DNA of 64,000 nt from Candidatus Nomurabacteria bacterium. GTDB lineage: Bacteria > Patescibacteriota > Patescibacteriia > HK-STAS-PATE-3. Below, piece after piece: positions 1 through 8,282 of this stretch; position 1 is the stretch's first letter; each line of letters opens with the position of its first letter. The notes beneath the pieces were generated by a model. That model saw nothing but the letters and a program-made list of their open reading frames with translations, made no database searches and was not told where the DNA came from. Position numbers and translations under genes: made by a program. The stretch covers positions 736,001 through 800,000 of the forward strand of contig CP060223.1 in NCBI GenBank assembly GCA_023898465.1, written 5' to 3'.

Positions 1-577
1 GAAAGGCTCCAAGCATGAAAGCTAGCTTCACATCACCAAGCCCCATTCCTACCTGCCCACTTGCCTTCTTATAGAACCAGCCGATCAGGTAGAAACTTAC
101 TCCTCCAGCCGCAGAGCCAGTGAGAGCTGGTACCAGGCCAATAGTCCAAGGTGAGAGCATCAATCCAAGTACAACTCCTCCCAAGCTGATTTCGTCGGGA
201 ATGATCCGCTCGCGCCAATCCGTGAAGAAGACAACGAGCAGACCAAAGAAAAACAGCCAGGCGGAAAACCTCGGTATCATGTCAGGAATGGCAACGTAGA
301 CCAGCAGGGCCAAGCCACCACCCAGCAGTTCAACCACAGGGTAGTGAAGCGAGATTGCTGACCGACAGTAGGCGCAACGCCCACGCAAAGCAATCCAGCT
401 CAAGACTGGAACGAGATGCCAGGATCGAAGACGTCGACCACAGCATGGCGCGTATGACCTTGGCGTGCATACGCTCTCCCTAGGAGGGAGGCGATGAATG
501 CACACATTAGCGAAACTGCCGAGCAAAGTGCCAACCATGAACACGAAGCTCGCAATCAGATACACACTTCCGTACAT
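1..577 (-). CDS. Prepilin peptidase (A24 family, PilD-like), N-terminal part; C-terminus runs off the window start
   Basis: Reverse-strand translation from the ATG at 577 (RBS GGGAGGAG 5 nt upstream). It gives MYGSVYLIASFVFMVGTLLGSFANVCIHRLP…CTPRSYAPCCGRRLRSWHLVPVLSWIALRGRCAYCR…MGLGDVKLAFMLGAF. The Cys-pair Zn motif, the LRGRC…C box and the G-x-G-D-x-K-L catalytic-region motif are classic for A24 peptidases. Not in the ORF track, probably because it is truncated by the window edge. Confidence 0.7.
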   Translation of the reverse strand, partial: MYGSVYLIASFVFMVGTLLGSFANVCIHRLPPRESVCTPRSYAPCCGRRLRSWHLVPVLSWIALRGRCAYCRSAISLHYPVVELLGGGLALLVYVAIPDMIPRFSAWLFFFGLLVVFFTDWRERIIPDEISLGGVVLGLMLSPWTIGLVPALTGSAAGGVSFYLIGWFYKKASGQVGMGLGDVKLAFMLGAF

Positions 578-686
578 GTCTCCTCCCTGAGTTTGTATTC
601 TCCCCTGGACACCCCTCTTGAGAGGTACCCGGGGAAGATCACGTCCACCGAAGCTTCATGCAAGGGTGGACGTGATCGCTGAGCGC

Positions 687-1097
687 TTACTCGCGCTGCG
701 GGGTCAGGACAAGGACGGACTCGCCATCCTTTCCATTGACCGTGATGCGATAGGAGGAGAAGAACTCGGCCGGATCGTAGTAGACCGCACCAGACTCCTT
801 CCCAGCCTTGTCGTAGGACCCGACGTCGTAGACCGCCGTACCTCCGAAGGGATTCCGGATACTACGCCTGGCGTTCGCCACCCCAGCGATGGAATCCGGA
901 TAGACTCCTCCGTTCGCTGTAGCCCAGTCATCGACCATGTCCTGCACTTCGTAGGCATTGGACTTGGCCGTCGACAGACGTGCCCTGTCCTGCAGCGCCA
1001 GGTAATTCGGGACGGCGATGAGCGCCAGGATCCCGATGATGACCACCACGATCATGAGCTCGATGAGGGTGAATCCCTCCTGATTCTTCCGAAGCAT
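687..1097 (-). CDS. Type IV pilin / pseudopilin-like protein (prepilin-type N-terminal cleavage/methylation domain)
   Basis: ORF 687..1163(-). An internal Met gives MLRKNQEG|FTLIELMIVVVIIGILA, the canonical G|F(T)LIE prepilin cleavage site followed by a hydrophobic helix. RBS GGAGGAAGTG precedes this ATG. Sits immediately upstream of the prepilin peptidase. Confidence 0.8.
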   Translation of the reverse strand: MLRKNQEGFTLIELMIVVVIIGILALIAVPNYLALQDRARLSTAKSNAYEVQDMVDDWATANGGVYPDSIAGVANARRSIRNPFGGTAVYDVGSYDKAGKESGAVYYDPAEFFSSYRITVNGKDGESVLVLTPQRE

Positions 1098-1140
1098 CAC
1101 TTCCTCCTCTCTGGCTTCACCGGCAGCCAGTTGCCGTTGT

Positions 1141-1230
1141 AGAGAATATTTTTCTCTCCGCAATCCTTATTCCCTTCCTCCCCTTTCAAAAGGGGAGGCT
1201 AGGTGGGGTTAAGAACTCTGGAGAGAGGAG
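1141..1230. repeat. Palindromic intergenic element, family A copy 1 (outer arms TCTCTCCGCAAT…CTCTGGAGAGAGG, inner perfect hairpin CTCCCCTTTcaaaAGGGGAG)
   Basis: Near-identical to 3612..3700. Lies directly 5' of the pilin start on the minus strand. Confidence 0.7.
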
Positions 1231-1581
1231 GAGGACAACCAAGGCAGAAGTGACACAAGGTCACAACCGCGAAGATCGACCCTCCTCCATGTGCTAGTGA
1301 CGCCCGCATTCGCGCCAAAGTTGGCGGGTGAGCAGACGGCGGTGATGCGTCAATCCGCATCGAGCTCGCAGCGCCCGACGACGCTGCCACTCGTGCAAAA
1401 AGAGTTCCACATGATGGAAAAATGATATGACACCCTCCATCACTTGAACTCCTGATTACAGAAGCAATACGCGCTCCGCGCCATCCATGTTACCCCGCTC
1501 AAGAAGAGCAAGAGACAAAAGAAGGCGGTGAGTGGCCCGATCGGAGTGGTCAGCGCTCCGAGCATGCCAAGCGATAGCAGT

Positions 1582-2211
1582 TCAGCAGCCACTGCCTGAA
1601 AAAGATATCGCATCCTTGCCTCCTAGGTTTCTGGTCCGATATGCACCGAACCAGACTACAACGTGACAGACCAGGCTGACGCCTGGATATACCAGAGCCG
1701 CGAAACCATCCGGCCAGGCAACAACACCTTGCAACGCATACGCCAGCACGCCCAAACTCCACGGCCACTGGCTCATGCGCTGAGTACGAGAGAAACTCAT
1801 CTTCGCTATAGGTACAAAGGAAGGGATCACCACCACCTGAGCGATGATGTTCTCTGCCTTTGGATTATGAGCAAGGGTTGCGTAACCCAGAGCTATCACA
1901 ACGCCAATTCCCATAGACATGTCCCACGCGTCGATCCTCGCAATCTGGCTGACTTGCTTCCACCCGAGCTTCACAATGTACGCAAGGGTGAAGAGCATGA
2001 TCAGGCTAATGCAGGCGACCTGCACATAGGTAAAGATGCGCGCGTAAAGTGACGTGAATTCCCGATAGGTAAGAAAATTCAACATCACCCACACAAACCA
2101 CATCCCGATGGTAACGGGATGCGGCACTTCGCCCTTGAAGATGGCTCGGAGATACGCGAAGTATGCTCCAGCCAAAGCCAAGGAAGCAAGAACCATACAT
2201 ACCGCTCCCAT
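1582..2211 (-). CDS. Hypothetical polytopic membrane protein
   Basis: 209-aa ORF with several hydrophobic helices. RBS GGAGGTATTC precedes the ATG. No recognisable family. Confidence 0.5.
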   Translation of the reverse strand: MGAVCMVLASLALAGAYFAYLRAIFKGEVPHPVTIGMWFVWVMLNFLTYREFTSLYARIFTYVQVACISLIMLFTLAYIVKLGWKQVSQIARIDAWDMSMGIGVVIALGYATLAHNPKAENIIAQVVVIPSFVPIAKMSFSRTQRMSQWPWSLGVLAYALQGVVAWPDGFAALVYPGVSLVCHVVVWFGAYRTRNLGGKDAISFSGSGC

Positions 2212-2282
2212 GAATACCTCCAGCTAAACGTGTTTTCTTCCTCCCTTGAATAACTAAACTCAATTTAGTAACTCAAGGGAGG

Positions 2283-2313
2283 CTCCGTCCATGTAGGTGT
2301 GACATGGACGGAG
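2283..2313. repeat. Perfect 12-bp inverted repeat CTCCGTCCATGT-(7)-ACATGGACGGAG
   Basis: Seen directly. Lies in the 5' region of the 1582..2211(-) gene. On the minus strand it is preceded by GGCGGCCGCC+T6, a terminator-like sequence. Confidence 0.6.
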
Positions 2314-2399
2314 CGGTACGGCCTTGAACCTTTCAAAAAAGGCGGCCGCCATCACTGCGCTGCGTATGTTTGGTGATGCAACGCTTTGTGACAAAGCTG

Positions 2400-2497
2400 T
2401 GGCAGATGCAGGATTCGAACCCAACGACTCGCGAAAGAGTCATCTGGTGAATCGGTTGTTAACCGACGGGACCACTCCCTGGTCACCAGCACCTGCC
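2400..2497 (-). ncRNA. tRNA-like structured element (7-bp acceptor-like stem GGCAGGT/ATCTGCC, GGGTTCGAATCC T-loop-like motif, several internal hairpins); not a canonical tRNA
   Basis: Minus-strand sequence GGCAGGTGCTGGTGACCAGGGAGTGGTCCCGTCGGTTAACAACCGATTCACCAGATGACTCTTTCGCGAGTCGTTGGGTTCGAATCCTGCATCTGCCA (98 nt). It has the T-loop consensus and a terminal acceptor-like pairing. It cannot be folded into a standard cloverleaf by hand. Confidence 0.3.
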
Positions 2498-2504
2498 AAT
2501 AAAG

Positions 2505-2555
2505 TATACACTCTCCGCAGTCCCGTACCTCACATGGTACGAGGCTCTGGAGAGA
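2505..2555. repeat. Palindromic intergenic element, family B copy 1 (arms CTCTCCGCAGTC…CTCTGGAGAG, inner hairpin CCGTACCtcacatGGTACGAG)
   Basis: Shares arms with family A but carries a different inner hairpin. Related copy at 3053..3112. Confidence 0.7.
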
Positions 2556-2594
2556 TCCGGAGCAAGTAACGTGTACTTACTCCGGAGAGAAAGG

Positions 2595-3014
2595 TCACAT
2601 GACGCGACCGAGCCTCGATCGAAGTCGTCCGAGCTGCGGCACAGTGAGAAGATCGTTCCGATGCTGAGAGCGTCGTCTCTCTTCTTCTGCACGACACCTC
2701 TCGGTCTCGCGCTTCTGTCGCTTGTCCGCTTCAGTCTTCCGCCACGCTTCCAGCGCGTGACGGAGCGTGTGGAGGACGTCGTACGCATCCTCCGGACGAT
2801 GCGATGCGCAATGTGGCTCGACCACTCCGTGCGTCTGACCTCGATGCGGGCAATACGCCTGCTTCGGACTGCAGGCTTGGCCGCACTGACGACAGACCAG
2901 ACTAGCCTCTTCCGGGTTCGCCAAGATCTTTTCGACCTCGGCTTCAGTGAAAGACCTCGGGACCATGTAGGACCCGGACTCGCTGAGAACCATCATCGAG
3001 ATTGAGAATGACAT
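2595..3014 (-). CDS. Hypothetical small Cys-rich protein (possible zinc-ribbon)
   Basis: 139-aa ORF with CRQCGQAC…CPH…C cysteine cluster and a basic C-terminus. RBS GAGGAGG precedes the ATG. Confidence 0.45.
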   Translation of the reverse strand: MSFSISMMVLSESGSYMVPRSFTEAEVEKILANPEEASLVCRQCGQACSPKQAYCPHRGQTHGVVEPHCASHRPEDAYDVLHTLRHALEAWRKTEADKRQKRETERCRAEEERRRSQHRNDLLTVPQLGRLRSRLGRVM

Positions 3015-3052
3015 CGTAGCCTCCTCACTGACTTCCGGCGTCAGCAGCCGCT

Positions 3053-3112
3053 TAGAGAAACCATTTCCTCTCCGCAGTCTCGTACCTCACATGGTACGAG
3101 GCTCTGGAGAGG
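3053..3112. repeat. Palindromic intergenic element, family B copy 2
   Basis: TAGAGAAACCATTTCCTCTCCGCAGTC + CTCGTACCtcacatGGTACGAG + GCTCTGGAGAGG. The left module is identical to that of A copy 2. Confidence 0.7.
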
Positions 3113-3157
3113 CCCCGAACTGTGGAAGCTCAGGGCGAAAATCGATTGGACTTGAGA

Positions 3158-3595
3158 CTAGGTTAGTCTCTCAACCGATTTCACGTACACCCAACCCTTC
3201 AATCGGCCTCGAACGTAAGATACGGTGACCTCACTTCCTTCAGCAACAGCATCGAAGAGCTGACGTTCTACAGAAACAGTATCTCGTCCTTCAGCAACAT
3301 CGACTGTCAGCTCCCACTTGTCGGAGTGGTGTACGCTTTGAGGCAGAGTCGTTTTTGTTGCCGCATTATAGACATACATAACGGTGACGTGTGCGGCCGT
3401 GAACGTCTTGTTAACAACGCGCCCTCGGCCCTCTTGAAGCGGTCGGAACCACGAGTCAATCGCCGTGAAGATGCCCCAACCCAGCGCAACGAGCACGATG
3501 AGCACGATGAGAAGTATGACTGCAGCTAGGAGTGACCCATAGGGCCAATCGTTCAAGAGCTCCATAAATCCCCTCATCATATCAGCCGAAAACAT
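3158..3595 (-). CDS. Hypothetical membrane-anchored protein (N-terminal TM helix, beta-rich C-terminal domain)
   Basis: 145-aa ORF. RBS AAAGGGAGGG precedes the ATG. Hydrophobic segment LLAAVILLIVLIVLVALGWGIF. Confidence 0.5.
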   Translation of the reverse strand: MFSADMMRGFMELLNDWPYGSLLAAVILLIVLIVLVALGWGIFTAIDSWFRPLQEGRGRVVNKTFTAAHVTVMYVYNAATKTTLPQSVHHSDKWELTVDVAEGRDTVSVERQLFDAVAEGSEVTVSYVRGRLKGWVYVKSVERLT

Positions 3596-3611
3596 ATCGC
3601 CCTCCCTTTGC

Positions 3612-3700
3612 TAGAGAAACCATTTCCTCTCCGCAGTCCTCATTCCCTTCCTCCCCTTTCAAAGGGGAGGCTAGGTGGGGTTAAGAACTCTGGAGAGAGG
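3612..3700. repeat. Palindromic intergenic element, family A copy 2
   Basis: TAGAGAAACCATTTCCTCTCCGCAGTCC…CTCCCCTTTcaaAGGGGAG…GTTAAGAACTCTGGAGAGAGG. Almost identical to 1141..1230. Confidence 0.7.
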
Positions 3701-3767
3701 AGGAGAAGGGCAGTCTTCTTCTCCAGTGTACTTGTCACCCGCTCTACTGCCTGCGGGAAAGAACTAG

Positions 3768-4217
3768 TCAGATGCACTCAGGGTGTGCACCGACATAACG
3801 CCCTTCCACTCCTATTGTAGAGACGTAATCTCCACAAATCTCCCCTCCACACATGACACAACCATGGGTAGCACATGGTTCCTTTTCTCGGGGTGTCCAG
3901 TCACAGGACCCCCCTCTTTCCTTGCCGCATGAGTAGCACGCGGCTACCCACTCGACAATTCCCTTGTGATCTTCAGGGGATTGGATGGGTACCTGGAATG
4001 ATATCCCCGTCAGATCCACACCACAGAATTTGCACTGTTTGTCATATACCGTCCCACGCCGAACTTCCAGTTCGGCTAGTCCGCGTTGATCCATCCCTGC
4101 CATTTCCCCTTTCCTTATGGTGGGGATATGATCGTTACAATATGCAACGTCATAAAGCAGGCCAGATGTGTAGTGAGTCGCGACCTGGTTACACGTATGA
4201 CAATGGATGGTCTTCAT
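3768..4217 (-). CDS. Hypothetical Cys-rich protein (multiple CxxC pairs)
   Basis: 149-aa ORF with about 16 Cys, including CHTC, CKFC, CYSC and CVMCGGEIC motifs. Confidence 0.45.
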   Translation of the reverse strand: MKTIHCHTCNQVATHYTSGLLYDVAYCNDHIPTIRKGEMAGMDQRGLAELEVRRGTVYDKQCKFCGVDLTGISFQVPIQSPEDHKGIVEWVAACYSCGKERGGSCDWTPREKEPCATHGCVMCGGEICGDYVSTIGVEGRYVGAHPECI

Positions 4218-5097
4218 TTCATCCTCCAGCGCCTAGAGCGCTTTTACCTGCCCCGCGGAGCAAGCGTATTTCAACTTCTTGGTGAAAGGAATCGTGCACG
4301 CGTACGTGCAGTATGTAGAATCCCCTTCCAGCGGGGCACAGCGCGCAAGGCACTATGGAGTCGCCACCATCGCTTGATGATGACCCTCCTCAAATCGTCC
4401 TCCGACTCAAACTTATTCGACAAGAATCAAGCGAGCTACAAAATTAACTTCATGAGAACGACTTAAGGAGAAATAGATTGTCAACGTTCACGAATCCTCA
4501 GCAACAATCTGGAGGCGAGTAACGAAATGTATCTTTGGACCGAGGCCCGATACACCCTACAGTTTCTCATGAAAGTAGTCAGTTTGCACCAACCGCGATC
4601 ATGTCCACTGGATGTCACTCCCCCTCCATATTGCTGCTGGAGATGAAAGAGGCAGACTTGAGGTATCGGTTTTCCACAATGCTGAGCAAAAGCCCAACAC
4701 CGTAGGATACCTCAAGTCCAACTCCTTCCTTTCCCGGAAGATCGGAGCGAGGTGGTCGCGGCCCTTCGCTCAAAATTTGCGTGACCGGCCAAATGCTCCC
4801 TCCGATGTTTCGGGAAAGTACTGCTAATAAAAATAGGCAGTAGACTGGGGATTTCGAGGAGACGACGAAACACGCAGTATACTGCCTTTTTACTCACCGT
4901 TTTTACGTAGGCAAAACCGGTGTCTCTCTCCTCGGATATTTATTTGGAATGAACCCCCTAAATCAGCGTAACAGCGGATAATACCATACCTAGCTATTCT
5001 TGTCAAGAGTTAAAGGTGCTAATATTAGCCAATTTAGCTAAAATTAGCCCATCCTTACATTATTCCCAGGTGGTAGAAGGAAGGGCTGGGGGTGGCG

Positions 5098-5937
5098 TCA
5101 GCACCGCCATAGCTCCTCACCTCGCACCTCAATGCACACATCCCCTTCTTCAATAGTTGAGAGTATCTGGGCACCGCGCTGCTCCACTCGCTCAAGCGTT
5201 TCAGGGCTAGGATGCCCAAATTGATTATCTAGGCCCGCGGAAACTATAACGATGCTGGGCTCTACCGCATCCAACCAAGCATCACTGGAGGAGGTTTTTG
5301 AGCCATGATGACCCAACTTCAATACATCAGCATGGAGTGGTAAACCAGACTCCAGCATTTCCTTTTCCTCATCAAAGTCGGCGTCGCCAGTCAATATGAA
5401 TGATTTCGCGCCAACATCTAAGCGAGTAACTACTGAATAGCGATTTTGATCGTCTGGCTCCTTTCCTCGCCAATCACCTTTAGGTGCGAGGACGGTCAGC
5501 TCCGCACCAGGCAAACTATAGCGTTGACCAGGCTGCGCATAGAGTATCGTTACCCCCTGATCAACTAAGAGCTGGAGAAACTCCTGATAGGCGGGCAAGT
5601 AATGTTCCACTCCGGTGAGTAAAACGCTTTGCACATGATAACGATGTAGCACCTCAACAAAGCCTGTCACATGATCAGCGTCAGGATGTGTCAGCACAAG
5701 CAGTTCAATAGTGCGGTCAAAATATGGTAAACGCTCACCTAGCCGCTCAACAACGGTCATGTCAGCTCCTGCATCAGTCAACACGTCAAAATGTTGTAGC
5801 GCTTGAATAAGTATCGCGTCTCCCTGTCCAATATCTAGAGTAGTCACTCGCACGAAATGCACCTGACGATATGACCAGACAACATATCCTGCCACGAAAA
5901 TACACAGCACAAATAAAATGAGTCGTATTCGCTTCAT
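5098..5937 (-). CDS. ComEC/Rec2-related metallo-beta-lactamase domain protein (C-terminal part of a split ComEC)
   Basis: LDIGQGDAILI…HPDADHVTG…LKLGHHGS MBL-fold motifs typical of the ComEC C-terminal domain. The start overlaps the upstream ORF by 4 nt (ATGA). Confidence 0.8.
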   Translation of the reverse strand: MKRIRLILFVLCIFVAGYVVWSYRQVHFVRVTTLDIGQGDAILIQALQHFDVLTDAGADMTVVERLGERLPYFDRTIELLVLTHPDADHVTGFVEVLHRYHVQSVLLTGVEHYLPAYQEFLQLLVDQGVTILYAQPGQRYSLPGAELTVLAPKGDWRGKEPDDQNRYSVVTRLDVGAKSFILTGDADFDEEKEMLESGLPLHADVLKLGHHGSKTSSSDAWLDAVEPSIVIVSAGLDNQFGHPSPETLERVEQRGAQILSTIEEGDVCIEVRGEELWRC

Positions 5938-7439
5938 GCCTGAGAAATTTTTAATGCTGCTCTTTGCCTCCTATCCAAATACCATACCCAGGCAAAAAGT
6001 CCGAAATAGAGAAGCAGCCACCAATATTGTCCTGTGGCAAAATGCAACAATGACCAATCCGGCAAAGCAAAAAATTCCACTACCATGATTACACCACGCA
6101 GTATGAGCCAGGTTGCCGCTCCAAATAGTATGCCAAGTGATAAAGAGAGCACGCTAAGTAAAAGCGCCGCCGTCCCGGCTGCCATGGCAAAAGGAATCAA
6201 GGGAAGGATGAGCACGTTCACAAATAAACTAACGAGAGACACTCGACCAAACACGCAGAGAATAAGTGGCAAGGTAAATAAGGAAGCGGCAATAGTGGCA
6301 GAGATGGTGCCCCGTATTTCAAAGCGCTCTGGCAAGAAATGCACCCAACGATCAACATGACCAGAAAGCAACATAAGTCCCAGGGTAGACCCAAAAGAGA
6401 GCTGAAAGCCCGCATCATCTAATAAGATGCGCGGGTTTACTAAAACCATACTTACCCCACTCAGCACGAGGGCATTTATCCCGCGACTCGGTCGACCTAC
6501 ATGTCCGGCAAAAGCGGCAATGCACCCCATAATACCTGCCCGCACAATCGACGCTTGGCCGCCCACAAAAATTACAAACAGCGAAATTGCTAAGAGGACA
6601 AACCAAAAGGCATGCCGGCGACCAATCGTTTTTATCGCCATCGACATGATGAGGTTTACAACAATGGTGATATTAAATCCTGACAGCGCAATGAGATGTG
6701 TCGTACCTGTCCGACCAAAGGCCTCTGTTAACCACTCAGGCAATCCGCGGCGCGCACCAACCAAGAGACCAGCCTCAAATGATGCTTCAGGCTCGGGTAG
6801 GATACGGGAGAGCTGCGCAGTCACCCACTCCCTCCCATCAATGAGCGCACCACTAAAACTCCAATGAGAGGATTGTACAAGATCGAAGTGGCGAGCACTG
6901 CAGGTTGTCGCAATTCCGGATAAGGCTAGATAACGATCATAGGCAAAATCCTCAATCGGCTCGGGATGACGCACAAAGCAGCTGAAGCTCACCTCATCAT
7001 TTAATCGAAAACGCGGATACAATAGCGCTCGCACTAAAATCTTTGCATCATTATTCTGTTCTGCACTTGTAATTTGATTATTAGAATTTGTTTTTTGTTT
7101 ATTGGTATTTGGAATTTGGGATTTGCTATTTGGGATTTCTATGGTGTACTTAATATGATCGCGGCGAATATCAGGCGCTGCTACAATCTGACCTTGCAGA
7201 CTAGTGTTCCCTTCAGGCAATTGAGCGAGCTCTGACACTACGGTTGCTCGCACTACACCAAGCGACAATCCAAAAAGACAAAGGAGCAACAGTGGTGCGC
7301 GCCGCCCTATAACGAAGATAATAAATACCCCGCAACAAAAAAGAAGCGGGTAAAGCAAAGGCAGAGAAATCCATCGGTAGAGACCTATACCGATGAGGAA
7401 AGAAATAAGTGTAGAGAGAAAAAGCTGGGAACGCGTCAT
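5934..7439 (-). CDS. comEC: ComEC/Rec2 competence membrane channel domain protein (N-terminal part of a split ComEC)
   Basis: 501-aa polytopic protein carrying a DUF4131-like N-terminus and a competence domain (…LIALSGFNITIV…). Contains an internal low-complexity N/Q/K-rich insert. Confidence 0.8.
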   Translation of the reverse strand: MTRSQLFLSTLISFLIGIGLYRWISLPLLYPLLFCCGVFIIFVIGRRAPLLLLCLFGLSLGVVRATVVSELAQLPEGNTSLQGQIVAAPDIRRDHIKYTIEIPNSKSQIPNTNKQKTNSNNQITSAEQNNDAKILVRALLYPRFRLNDEVSFSCFVRHPEPIEDFAYDRYLALSGIATTCSARHFDLVQSSHWSFSGALIDGREWVTAQLSRILPEPEASFEAGLLVGARRGLPEWLTEAFGRTGTTHLIALSGFNITIVVNLIMSMAIKTIGRRHAFWFVLLAISLFVIFVGGQASIVRAGIMGCIAAFAGHVGRPSRGINALVLSGVSMVLVNPRILLDDAGFQLSFGSTLGLMLLSGHVDRWVHFLPERFEIRGTISATIAASLFTLPLILCVFGRVSLVSLFVNVLILPLIPFAMAAGTAALLLSVLSLSLGILFGAATWLILRGVIMVVEFFALPDWSLLHFATGQYWWLLLYFGLFAWVWYLDRRQRAALKISQA

Positions 7440-7503
7440 ATCGCTGCGCCACCAACTTGTCCACTATGACTCTACGCTATGTGATGAAAAAAAGAAAGAC
7501 CTC

Positions 7504-7821
7504 TCAATGAGAGGTCTCCACGGCCTGAGAAGCAAGCACGTTCAAGCGCAAGTGACGCACCACCGCGCCGTAGGTAAAGCGCAGCCGAGTTCCCGAAGGA
7601 ACAAGAATCGAATCTCCTCGATTGATACGTGACCCATCGGCCACGAGGACGATCGGACCGGCCAGAGTCAGATTCCTCACTCGAATCTGATCACCCTCTA
7701 CCGAGAAGCTCACCTCCCTCGGAAGCTTCCCTCGGAGGATTTTGCCCTCCTCATCATCCTTACTCCTGAAGGAAACGATCTCGAGACCCTCGATTTCAGT
7801 AGCGCCCATGTAGCCCTCCAC
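7504..7821 (-). CDS. Hypothetical protein
   Basis: 105-aa ORF with no recognised motif. Visibly GC-richer than its neighbours. Confidence 0.35.
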   Translation of the reverse strand: MEGYMGATEIEGLEIVSFRSKDDEEGKILRGKLPREVSFSVEGDQIRVRNLTLAGPIVLVADGSRINRGDSILVPSGTRLRFTYGAVVRHLRLNVLASQAVETSH

Positions 7822-7936
7822 AGGTTGATAGAAAAGAGCAGCTACTCAGTATGTACCATGCGCAAAAGACTCCGTCAAATAAAGAAAGCCCCTCTACATC
7901 CTGCAAAGGGGCTGTACTTGCGGTGAGTGAACGAGG

Positions 7937-8179
7937 CTAGCGGACGACGCGGAAGAGAGTCTCGTCGACAGTGAAGTCCGTACCGTACGGTACCACCACG
8001 TGGCGCGTCGGCCAGACGGTCTCACGACCAACCCGGACGCCACCCACAGCGCTAGTGTTGTGCAACACCACCTGCTCATACCCACGGGAGCGGAGACTCA
8101 CCCCAATATCGTAATCGCCGACCTGGGGATCACGGGGGACCGGATGTGTCCTCATTCCATCAACACGCACAATCTGCAT
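7937..8179 (-). CDS. Hypothetical protein
   Basis: 80-aa ORF. GC-rich. No recognised motif. Confidence 0.35.
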   Translation of the reverse strand: MQIVRVDGMRTHPVPRDPQVGDYDIGVSLRSRGYEQVVLHNTSAVGGVRVGRETVWPTRHVVVPYGTDFTVDETLFRVVR

Positions 8180-8282
8180 GGTTTTTTCCTCCCAGCAGAA
8201 AAAAATTGGATGTCAAAAAACCGCAAGTAAGAAATACCATACGCCAAAAATACGGCTTTGTCAACGCCTAGCGCCGTGTTAA

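Noticed and set aside
494-1142. Plus-strand ORFs 494..682 and 618..1142 and minus ORF 704..958
   Set aside because: They overlap, respectively, the reconstructed prepilin peptidase and the pilin gene on the other strand or frame. The pilin and peptidase frames carry strong family motifs, so these are frame-shadow ORFs.
1141-3710. Interpretation of the palindromic elements as integron attC sites or a CRISPR array
   Set aside because: The repeats are not regularly spaced short direct repeats with unique spacers; they are 60-90-nt imperfect palindromes flanking genes. The attC core and inverse-core consensus (GTTRRRY/RYYYAAC) is not convincingly present: only a GTTAAGA near-match was found on one side. 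No integrase is nearby.
4218-5097. Search for tmRNA, SRP RNA, RNase P RNA or 6S RNA in the gene-poor stretch
   Set aside because: There is only a loose resemblance (CCCGGAAG…) to the SRP domain IV motif. No GGGG…tag-peptide ORF and no RNase P P4 motif were found. Evidence is insufficient to annotate an ncRNA by eye.
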